Origin: a virus
Lineage: Duplodnaviria; Caudoviricetes
Virus record (IMG/VR): IMGVR_UViG_3300025103_000157
Location: 1 to 24,247 of that record
DNA: 24,247 nt
Direction: 5' to 3' (one strand)
Each line of letters opens with the position of its first letter. Position 1 is the stretch's first letter. Position numbers and translations under genes: made by a program. Of this stretch, positions 1-7,504 are shown in pieces. The notes under the pieces are model-generated. The model made no database searches. It saw only the letters and a program-made list of their open reading frames with translations, and was not told where the DNA came from.

Positions 1-83
1 ATTACAATGTCTTCGCTATCTTCACGGGGAAGAACCAGCGTTACACGATTTGGGCCTTTGATCTCACGACCTTTGATTTTCAT
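1..83 (-). CDS. 5' end of probable tail assembly chaperone (MKIKGREIKGPNRVTLVLPREDSEDIV..., runs off window)
   Basis: ATG at 83 with AAGGA RBS upstream; frame open to the window edge; lies directly after the tail tube gene. Confidence 0.6.
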   Translation of the reverse strand, partial: MKIKGREIKGPNRVTLVLPREDSEDIV

Positions 84-112
84 TTGTTTATTCCTTTGCC
101 GAGAATGGTAGT

Positions 113-143
113 AAAAACTAGGAGGGGGCCGAAACCCCCTCCC
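113..143 (-). terminator. Intrinsic terminator after tail tube gene
   Basis: Minus strand GGAGGGGG-T-TTCG-G-CCCCCTCC followed by TAGTTTTT. Confidence 0.8.
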
Positions 144-153
144 AGAAGTAGGA

Positions 154-894
154 CTAGCTACGTGTTACTGTTGGAGTAACTGCGTTAGCTCGACCTGAGA
201 ACGAAAGTGTTGCAGCCTGAAGATCAGCTTCGAGTGACTCGTAGCGGAAGTCAGGGATCAACGTGGTTTCGTCTTGTGCGGTTCCACATGCTTGAGCGTG
301 TTGAATCTCAACGTCTACGGCGTAAGGCTCGCAGAGGTCGCTAGACGACGATACCCATTCTGCTGCTCCGCCGGTGCCGTTAAGAGCATCGTAGGGAGAG
401 ATGGTTTCGTTGGTGCCGGTCGTGATGTGTTCGTAGACGGAATCCAAAGACACGTCCATAGGCTGTTGGTCGCCTTCACGTACTGTGTCCAAGTTTCCTC
501 GGTCTAGAAGGTATTCGTAATCCTTGTTAACGGTCCAAGTCAGGTTGCCGTCGCCAAGTTTGATTTCGACTTGCTGTGCTTCAAAAGTAACAGCACCACC
601 ATCGGCGTAAGTACCAGCGGTAAGGGCTGGGCTGAATTCGATGTTGGTAGTCGTACCAGTCGAAGGCGTGCGTGCGGTTACAGTGTGAACTGTTTCCGAT
701 GCAGTCTCACCAGCAACGGTGAAGCGTGCGCCTACGGGGATTTGGTCAGTAGTTGTTGAGTTGAGAACAACCGTATCGATATCAAATTCAACAGCACCTT
801 CGACGGGAGCGGAAACGCTCTCGTTGATAGCACCAGTTCCGGCCAGGCCGTCTTTGATCAAGATAGTTGCATCACGAAGTTCGATTCGTGCCAT
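154..894 (-). CDS. Major tail (tube) protein with an inserted beta domain
   Basis: 246 aa, acidic and beta-rich; GAGG RBS; lies after the neck genes and before a terminator and the chaperone. Confidence 0.75.
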   Translation of the reverse strand: MARIELRDATILIKDGLAGTGAINESVSAPVEGAVEFDIDTVVLNSTTTDQIPVGARFTVAGETASETVHTVTARTPSTGTTTNIEFSPALTAGTYADGGAVTFEAQQVEIKLGDGNLTWTVNKDYEYLLDRGNLDTVREGDQQPMDVSLDSVYEHITTGTNETISPYDALNGTGGAAEWVSSSSDLCEPYAVDVEIQHAQACGTAQDETTLIPDFRYESLEADLQAATLSFSGRANAVTPTVTRS

Positions 895-920
895 GTTATT
901 TACCTCTAATTAAAATCTGT

Positions 921-1412
921 TTATAAACAGATGGACATTTCGTAATTTACGTCCACTCCATATTGACGTAACCGGGACTCCCGGTTAATCTCTCCGAAGT
1001 GGTAAACTTTTACACTCTCGTTTTTGCCCCGCCTGAGAGTAAGGCACCCAATCAAAGATTGGTCATCATCAGGGCCAGCCCCATACTTATATACTTGGAT
1101 GAGTTGGTCGGCGGCTTGGGCCATGTAGCCAGCCATCTCAGTCCCAGCGTATGCGTTTGGCGAAGTACCACCCATGTAAGAAGTGATGAGGATATTAGCC
1201 CCAACCTCAAAGTACCACTGATTTGGACTTTGCTCCCTAGTGAATGGACCGTTGATACGGATTTCGATTCGGTCATCGGACTCCATGAATGCTGTGGTGC
1301 GTTCATCAATTCCTTCTACCAGCGATGGATACTGTTGAGAGTTACATACCGTCTTGAAATGATACGCTACTGACGCTTGGACCCATCGGGGCCAATTAGG
1401 ATCATAAGACAT
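921..1412 (-). CDS. Putative tail terminator/completion protein (163 aa)
   Basis: ATG 1412 (MSYDPNW) with GAGG RBS; size and position immediately before tail tube. Confidence 0.6.
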   Translation of the reverse strand: MSYDPNWPRWVQASVAYHFKTVCNSQQYPSLVEGIDERTTAFMESDDRIEIRINGPFTREQSPNQWYFEVGANILITSYMGGTSPNAYAGTEMAGYMAQAADQLIQVYKYGAGPDDDQSLIGCLTLRRGKNESVKVYHFGEINRESRLRQYGVDVNYEMSICL

Positions 1413-1413
1413 A

Positions 1414-1935
1414 TTAAACCTCACCAGTCTGTTGGATATCTACGATACTGTACCCAGTCAGATTCTGTATCTGATTAGGAGTGACGCCAATCAATTCAGC
1501 ACCGAGGATTTCCCACAGGCCATCGAACTCGTTGTCCTTGACCTGTTTGATTTCATACTTTTTATTGTTGTAGACGATCCAGTCGTCCATTTTTATATCG
1601 TAACCGATAGGCAGGTCACGGGGGTCTATAAAGAACCACCGGACACCTTGGTCGTATGTACCACCGTAGACAAAACTCTTCTCGGATGAGATCATAGAGA
1701 TTGTCTGTGTCTGTTCTCGTGTTAATTTAGCAGGTAAGATGATAGCTCGGTTGACAGGGTGGGCTTCTCGACCTGTCCATTCAATCTCGCCAGTCAAGAT
1801 GTTCGTTGTCTTGTCACCTTGCTTGTACACTGTGATCATACCACCGTACAATCTTTTCAGCTTGTATATTGTGTTCCGAATCCGGGTGCTTAAAAAGCGA
1901 TTACCCGGATTGTAGTTTCGGTTTGGCTGTGTCAT
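1414..1935 (-). CDS. Putative head-closure (stopper) protein
   Basis: 173 aa; C-terminal DDWIVYNNKKYEIKQV pattern typical of head-closure proteins; GGAG RBS; synteny. Confidence 0.65.
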   Translation of the reverse strand: MTQPNRNYNPGNRFLSTRIRNTIYKLKRLYGGMITVYKQGDKTTNILTGEIEWTGREAHPVNRAIILPAKLTREQTQTISMISSEKSFVYGGTYDQGVRWFFIDPRDLPIGYDIKMDDWIVYNNKKYEIKQVKDNEFDGLWEILGAELIGVTPNQIQNLTGYSIVDIQQTGEV

Positions 1936-1944
1936 CGTTTGCTC

Positions 1945-2244
1945 CTACTTGAACATGGACCCTACAACTGTAGCACAGGTTCCTACGACCGATGTAAAGA
2001 CCACCCAGATAACTGCGTGGAACAGGGTTCGTGTTCGTTTAAGTCGGTCAACGTCCATGACCAAACCTTCTCGTTTGTCTCTGCCTACTAATACTGCCTT
2101 GATCTCACTGATGTCTTCTGCTACGTTAGAGATGAGTGCCGCTTGACGGCTTTGCTCTCTGTGGAGGTCGTAGATGGTTGGGACGGCGTGGGGAGGGATA
2201 TGGTAAACAGGGTGATTGTTATTGTTATTATTTGATTCCGACAT
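1945..2244 (-). CDS. Small coiled-coil protein with C-terminal transmembrane helix (XhlA/holin-like architecture)
   Basis: ISNVAEDISEIKAVL heptads then LFHAVIWVVFTSVVGTCATVVG; start uncertain (ATG 2244 vs TTG 2292). Confidence 0.55.
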   Translation of the reverse strand: MSESNNNNNNHPVYHIPPHAVPTIYDLHREQSRQAALISNVAEDISEIKAVLVGRDKREGLVMDVDRLKRTRTLFHAVIWVVFTSVVGTCATVVGSMFK

Positions 2245-2302
2245 TGTTAATCCGGGTTGGTATCCTTTGAGGCTTTCCTTCCAACCTCTCAATAGAGGGC
2301 AG

Positions 2303-2350
2303 AAGGGAAACCTCCCCGCCGTGCAAATAGGCGGGAAGATAATGTTTCCA
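2303..2350 (-). terminator. Hairpin/terminator after major capsid gene
   Basis: Minus strand CTTCCCGCC-tatttgcac-GGCGGGGAG, extendable by GGAAAC/GTTTCC; weak U tail. Confidence 0.55.
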
Positions 2351-2355
2351 CATGA

Positions 2356-3750
2356 TTAACCAAGAACCAACTTGGCTAAAGCTGAATCGAGAACGGCAGT
2401 TCCGCAAAGCATGTCGATAACGACTTTCGTGCCTTGTGCGTCAATGTCGTACTGCATAGTAGCTCGCATAGCGATATCGTTGTAAGATGCAACGAAGCTA
2501 CGGGCACCCATGCTCGAATCTGGACGGGCCAGAGGACGAGAAACGAGAGCGAATGCGTTGCGATGGAATGCAACGTTGAAATCGCCAGCAGGTCCGGGGA
2601 AGCACTCAGCTCCGTCAGAGATGCTGTATTCCAGTGGGCGGTCAAGAAGAACTTGAACTTCGGTAGCACTTACGGGACGAGTCTCGATGATCGTGTAAGT
2701 GTGGCGAGGTGCAGTGCCGGTAGCCAAAAGCTGACCAACAACTGGGGGCTTGCCGCTGGTGAATCCATCAACGTTGATGTATCCAGCGTAGCCAGCGGAG
2801 AAACTTCCGTTAGCTTGGCAAGAACCGTATTGCGTGACGACAGAAGCGTCAGCAACAGCGAACTTCAGAGCTTCGTTCAAAGTGACCGAAGCACCACCGC
2901 TAGAAGCGGTAGCGTAGGTAGGCTGACCATTGTCTTCGAAGACAACGAACTCACCCGTTACAACAGCGGCTAGATCGCAATCTAAAGCACCGGTTGCACC
3001 AGCGGCTTGAGCTGCGGAAGCTGCACCGGTGATCGTGTCACGGTCGGTGTTAGCCAATACGCCATTTACGTTCTGATCCATGAACGTATCGAATCCACCA
3101 ATGCGACCCAAACGTGCTTCTTCCAAAGCAACGCCACCATCGCCACGCTCATTAGCTCGGACGAACAGTTCGCTTTTCAGCATTGCTGTTTCGCTACCAG
3201 GAGCCAAAACCATGTTACGTCCGCTGGTCCAAGCCAAAGAACGGTTCAGGGCTTCGCGTGCTTCCAATACTGTGTCGTAAGCCGAAGCAGCGTCTAAGCC
3301 ACCGAGGGTTCCAACACGATCAGAAGGAGAACCGATCAGTTCGTGAGCCATACGGCCAACGATTGCACGATCGATACCGTTACCCATTGCTTTCATGCGG
3401 GTAACCAAGTGGATTTGAACCAAGTCTTGAAGAGACTTGCTTCGCTCACCGTCTTTGATGACGAAAGCTGCGTACATGTGTTGGTTCAGGGGAACCTGTA
3501 CGTTCGTCAGAACGGCGTCTTCGTAGCTTACGGAATCAGCGTCGGTCTTACGATCAACAGTTCCGTCTACTGGCTTACGGGTGTTAACTACGTCGCCGTA
3601 GTTAGCGATGTCCATCGAGAAGTCACGGTGAACCAATTGGCCCATTACCATGTTTTCTTCGAGAACGGCGATTGACTCACGTGCCCATAACTCAGGGATA
3701 AGTGCGTCGTTGTCATTAGCAAAAGATGCTAGGATGTTGAATTGCAACAT
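2356..3750 (-). CDS. Major capsid protein, P22 coat protein (gp5)-like
   Basis: 464 aa; LIPELWARESIAVLEENMVMGQLVHRDF, GDVVNTRKP, NVAFHRNAFALVSRPL and VVIDMLCGTAVLD motifs; GGAG RBS; follows scaffold. Confidence 0.9.
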   Translation of the reverse strand: MLQFNILASFANDNDALIPELWARESIAVLEENMVMGQLVHRDFSMDIANYGDVVNTRKPVDGTVDRKTDADSVSYEDAVLTNVQVPLNQHMYAAFVIKDGERSKSLQDLVQIHLVTRMKAMGNGIDRAIVGRMAHELIGSPSDRVGTLGGLDAASAYDTVLEAREALNRSLAWTSGRNMVLAPGSETAMLKSELFVRANERGDGGVALEEARLGRIGGFDTFMDQNVNGVLANTDRDTITGAASAAQAAGATGALDCDLAAVVTGEFVVFEDNGQPTYATASSGGASVTLNEALKFAVADASVVTQYGSCQANGSFSAGYAGYINVDGFTSGKPPVVGQLLATGTAPRHTYTIIETRPVSATEVQVLLDRPLEYSISDGAECFPGPAGDFNVAFHRNAFALVSRPLARPDSSMGARSFVASYNDIAMRATMQYDIDAQGTKVVIDMLCGTAVLDSALAKLVLG

Positions 3751-3828
3751 TGTGTTACAGTCTCCAATAAATTTGTGTGAAGGCCTAATGGCCGTAGTAG
3801 TTAAAAACTCAACCCCAAACGTTGGTGA

Positions 3829-4641
3829 TTAGTTGCGTTTTCTAAGATGATTCAGGCCCAAAGCACTTGGGTTCTCTTTGCGTAACCTGAAGTATTGCTC
3901 ATCAGAGAGTTTCGTAACGTCAACTGATCCGTCTCCCGACATTGCGCCGCCGGTGGCGGAAGATGATCCAATGCCTTCACGGATGTTGTTCTTAAAGAAC
4001 CCACCGTATCGCTCTGGATTTTTCTTCATGTACGAGACTGCTTCTGATGGCGTCATCTTCAGAGCTTCGCTCGCTCCGGTTTCTTCATTCTTCATGGACA
4101 TGCTGACCATTGGAGTGTAGACACCGGTGGGTTTTCCATCTTCAGACATCATCTCTTCGAGGGATGTTCGATTCTGAAGGTGGGTTACAACCAAGTCGGG
4201 ATTGTAAGCATCGTTCTCAATAGCGGCTGCTTGCAATTCTCGGTTGATTGTTGATTCTGTGTAGCGGGATTCCCACTGAGTAGCACGTGATTCCAGTTCG
4301 TTGATTCGCTGGGCGGCTTCCTCTTCAGCTCGCTGCTTTTCAAAAGCAAGCTGTTGTTCCTTGGTGCGATGGCGGGCACGTAAGTCCTCAAGTTGATTCT
4401 CAAGTTCTTGGCGATCACCTTCGCTGAGTTGTCGATTTTGAATAGCCTCTTGATAAGACGTCTCCAATGTGTCGAACTTCTCTTTGAACTTCGCTTCTGT
4501 CTTACGACGGTCGTCTGCCAAGAATCGGTTCAGGTCTTCCTGAGAGAAAGATCGACTTTCGTCCTTCTGCTCTGGAGCTGGCTGCTCTTGGTTTTCTTCG
4601 TTGTCAAAACTGGCAAGTAATTCTACTAATAGCGTGTTCAT
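3829..4641 (-). CDS. Capsid scaffolding protein (270 aa)
   Basis: ATG 4641 with AGGAAGG RBS; SFSQEDLNRFLADDRRK motif, long coiled coil, Gly-rich linker and C-terminal LSDEQYFRLRK helix; directly upstream of MCP. Confidence 0.85.
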   Translation of the reverse strand: MNTLLVELLASFDNEENQEQPAPEQKDESRSFSQEDLNRFLADDRRKTEAKFKEKFDTLETSYQEAIQNRQLSEGDRQELENQLEDLRARHRTKEQQLAFEKQRAEEEAAQRINELESRATQWESRYTESTINRELQAAAIENDAYNPDLVVTHLQNRTSLEEMMSEDGKPTGVYTPMVSMSMKNEETGASEALKMTPSEAVSYMKKNPERYGGFFKNNIREGIGSSSATGGAMSGDGSVDVTKLSDEQYFRLRKENPSALGLNHLRKRN

Positions 4642-4724
4642 TTGTACCTTCCTATAGAAGTAATAACCCCGCACTGTTTAAGGGCTATCGAGATGCGGCG
4701 GGTCGTCATCAGGATAGATTTGGA

Positions 4725-5246
4725 TTAGGAAATCCGGTCTAAGCGTAAGCCTTTATCGTCTCTGAGAAAAGGTCTCAGGTACTTCCAGGCCGTTGCTGAT
4801 GGAACCCCGTTCATAAAGTGTTCGAGGGGTTCCTGATTCCGATTGTAACTACTACGCACGGAACCGATTCCATGATTCGTCATGGACATGTTTTCTAATT
4901 CGATCTGAGGGTCAACGCCGTCCAGTAAAGCATATGCTATTTCAAAGCAAGCCCATTGGATCATTGTAGGCACAGTCGTGTCTGGGCCACGTGGGAACTC
5001 TAAGTCTTGAGCTTGAGCAGCCGCCGCACACTCCGCATCTGTGGGAGACTCGGTGGTTTGGAACAGCTCATAGACTGTGTGTTTCATTCCTTTGTAGTTC
5101 AGACTGTCGATGATGCGAGACGCCTCGATCAATGCTGGCTCTCGGTTATTCTGTAAAGAATTAGACCAAGCAACCTCGTGCAACTTGTACTGGAAGAACT
5201 CATCTGCTTCCGATACAGTTGCGTATGCTGCATTAACTGATGCCAC
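4725..5246 (-). CDS. Head-tail adaptor (DnaT-like phage neck protein family)
   Basis: YATVSEADEFF, ALIEASRIIDSL, QDLEFPR, VPTMIQWACFEIA, IGSVRSSY and AWKYLRPFL motifs; GGAGG RBS. Confidence 0.8.
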   Translation of the reverse strand: MASVNAAYATVSEADEFFQYKLHEVAWSNSLQNNREPALIEASRIIDSLNYKGMKHTVYELFQTTESPTDAECAAAAQAQDLEFPRGPDTTVPTMIQWACFEIAYALLDGVDPQIELENMSMTNHGIGSVRSSYNRNQEPLEHFMNGVPSATAWKYLRPFLRDDKGLRLDRIS

Positions 5247-5256
5247 GGGTCACCTC

Positions 5257-5556
5257 CTAGATAGCCATCCAACTGTATGCTGGTGTGCCACTTGCTGCCA
5301 GAACGTATACGTTCCACGGATCTTCTACTTCTAGCTTGATGCTTTCGCCAGCCTTCAGTGCGTATCCGGTAGCGGCGGTCACGCCTTCTTTACCGACATA
5401 GAGGATGATAGATGCATCATCGTTCTTGACCGTTACACCTTTGCAGGCTTTGCGGTTGTCAAGGGCACCGTCGAGGGTTTCGGCGGTTGCACTTGCAGCA
5501 CCGGTGCCGCACTGGATGCGTTTGGCTTCGATGGTTTCTTTTAGGTAACTGGACAT
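5257..5556 (-). CDS. Small beta-rich virion (decoration-like) protein
   Basis: 99 aa; GVTVKN...LYVG..GVTAATGYALKAGESI pattern; TAATG overlap with portal stop. Confidence 0.55.
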   Translation of the reverse strand: MSSYLKETIEAKRIQCGTGAASATAETLDGALDNRKACKGVTVKNDDASIILYVGKEGVTAATGYALKAGESIKLEVEDPWNVYVLAASGTPAYSWMAI

Positions 5557-7364
5557 TATTTTTTATCTCCGTTGTTTTTCTTTTGTTCGCCACGAACTTT
5601 TTTCTTCGTGGAGTCGCTGGTCTCGGTCGAGGTTGCTTCCGCTCTCTCTTCCTTAGCAGCTTGGGGGTTAGCTGAAAGATCGTTTATGCCTTGGGCACCG
5701 GGGTCTCTTTCGGCACCGAGGTGCGACTCCTGAGCCTTCTGGATACGTTCGATACGGTCCTCGTGATCTTCTTGAGCCTTTGGAATCTCGGTCTCTCCGT
5801 CGAAGCCAAGGGCATCAGACAAGGTGATGTCACTAGCAAGCATCTGCTCTTTAGCCAGTTCGATAACCTTAGGATCACTCGTGCTGTACTTAGCCTCATC
5901 GATCTCTCGGTAGATTTTACCAAGTGTAGCGATGTTGGTCTTACCACCTAACAGGGCGGTTACAGCATCTTTGGCAAGTTCTTTCTTAACAGTCTTACCG
6001 GGGATGGAGAACATAAGAGCAGTCAGCTTGTCAGCCTCTTCGATACGCTCTAGTTGACTCTTCATCGTGTACTGTTCGGGGTAGGCGATGATCGCTGTGT
6101 CACGAGAATCGTTACCCTCGTAAGCCGCCCAGTGGTCTGCAATCTTTCGCTCTGCACCTTCGAGAACTAGCCCGATGAATGCAAGGCCCGACTCCAGTCC
6201 TTGGTTGTCAATGCTCTTGGCTTCGCCAGATGCTCGGCTATTGCCAAGGCTGACGACTGCAAGGTTGACTAGCTTACGGATATCATCTTCCAACTTACGT
6301 TGGAGTTCCATCGATGCCCTAAGCGGTTCGCTTGAGGGGTGGATGAAACCAGGCCGCTCGGCCTTGATATCGTAGGTACGCCCGTCGTGGGCACCTACTT
6401 TGATTTGGTTGTCGCCACTCTGCTGACCACCACCGCTGGCAGTGCCATTTTCCATGACGTCAGATTTGAGATGGCTACCCATCGCACGTGTGTCTGTCTG
6501 CTCTGTGTAGAACGGGAAGTTAGACTTGAGTGCGTATGCCACGTCGCTGGACACGAGGTTCAGGAGGGCAATCTGGTGTGTTGCTATGTCCTTCAGGAGA
6601 CTCTCACCAATGTCAAACATGACGAATGGGATTCTCTTGAGGTCGAGACGTACAGGCTCGCCGCCGGGCTTACCGTCCGAGGTAATGGGCTGACCGTCTG
6701 CGTCAAAGAATTGGTAGTGGACGAATCCGTCGTCACCAATGTATACTAAGCGGAATCGCTCGAACTCACCCTTAGGCATCTCGATACCACCCCAAGCTGG
6801 GGAGTAGTCGATGCACCAGTCACGGAGGAGAATGGCCTCGAAGTCGCCTTCTGCCTCAGGCAGGGCACACTTCCAAGACATGATGTCCTCGACACGGTAC
6901 ATATAGAGATATGGGGATGCTCCAGCAGAGTCGGCCATCGTTGGGCCGGTGGGTGCGATATTGTCAACAAAGACTCCGCACTTGCCCATAGCCAGCATCT
7001 CAGGAAGGACTTGGGTGCCAATGAAGTGGTTCATTGAGGCCCCACGACGGTCTACGCCGCCCTTTTGACCTTGGATAGAAGACTGGTATGAGTCTGAGCC
7101 GCCGCGTCTAAAGATATCCACCATGCGATGGAATACGGCGTTTTTGATGTCTACGAGAGCTGCCTTGGCGAAGCCGGGAACCGGGGTGATGTCCCTGCGT
7201 CTCTCAAAATCTGTGTTGGACTCCCGCTCAGTGTACTTTTTCAAGTATGTGCGAGTGAATCCCTCTCCACCTTCCCAAATCCACCGCCATGTACTCCAAT
7301 CCGAGAGATTGTAGTAATAGTCGGGGTGACGAGTAGATGAGATGTTAACTGACGGCGGTGCCAT
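5556..7364 (-). CDS. Portal protein
   Basis: 602 aa; HPDY N-terminus, YLKK..RES..DFERRR, GKCGVFVD, LKRIPFV, SGEAKSID motifs; charged C-terminal tail; GGAGG RBS. Confidence 0.88.
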   Translation of the reverse strand: MAPPSVNISSTRHPDYYYNLSDWSTWRWIWEGGEGFTRTYLKKYTERESNTDFERRRDITPVPGFAKAALVDIKNAVFHRMVDIFRRGGSDSYQSSIQGQKGGVDRRGASMNHFIGTQVLPEMLAMGKCGVFVDNIAPTGPTMADSAGASPYLYMYRVEDIMSWKCALPEAEGDFEAILLRDWCIDYSPAWGGIEMPKGEFERFRLVYIGDDGFVHYQFFDADGQPITSDGKPGGEPVRLDLKRIPFVMFDIGESLLKDIATHQIALLNLVSSDVAYALKSNFPFYTEQTDTRAMGSHLKSDVMENGTASGGGQQSGDNQIKVGAHDGRTYDIKAERPGFIHPSSEPLRASMELQRKLEDDIRKLVNLAVVSLGNSRASGEAKSIDNQGLESGLAFIGLVLEGAERKIADHWAAYEGNDSRDTAIIAYPEQYTMKSQLERIEEADKLTALMFSIPGKTVKKELAKDAVTALLGGKTNIATLGKIYREIDEAKYSTSDPKVIELAKEQMLASDITLSDALGFDGETEIPKAQEDHEDRIERIQKAQESHLGAERDPGAQGINDLSANPQAAKEERAEATSTETSDSTKKKVRGEQKKNNGDKK

Positions 7365-7389
7365 AGATGCCTCCGGTACGATATTTGCT

Positions 7390-7409
7390 TCTATTAGTAA
7401 ATAGAACCA
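7390..7409 (-). promoter_or_regulatory. Putative late promoter/operator motif, copy 1
   Basis: TCTATTAgtaAATAGAACCA; 18/20 identical to 18748-18767; about 25 nt upstream of the portal ATG. Confidence 0.6.
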
Positions 7410-7428
7410 TTTTTGTGATTTTTGACGT

Positions 7429-7454
7429 AAAAAACCTCAAAAAAGAGGTTTTTT
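7429..7454. repeat. Perfect inverted repeat AAAAAACCTC-N6-GAGGTTTTTT
   Basis: 10-bp arms with 6-nt A loop, intergenic. Confidence 0.6.
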
Positions 7455-7460
7455 CTCAAG

Positions 7461-7499
7461 AAAAAGGCCCCCTCGGAGCAATTCCGAGGGGTTTCCTTT
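7461..7499 (-). terminator. Intrinsic terminator after the 1614-aa gene
   Basis: CCCCTCGGA-N5-TCCGAGGGG stem followed on the minus strand by GCCTTTTT. Confidence 0.8.
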
Positions 7500-7504
7500 G
7501 GTTT

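Noticed and set aside
2214-2232. Poly-Asn AAT/AAC tract as a phase-variable repeat
   Set aside because: Short, mixed codons and in frame, so slippage would not switch expression
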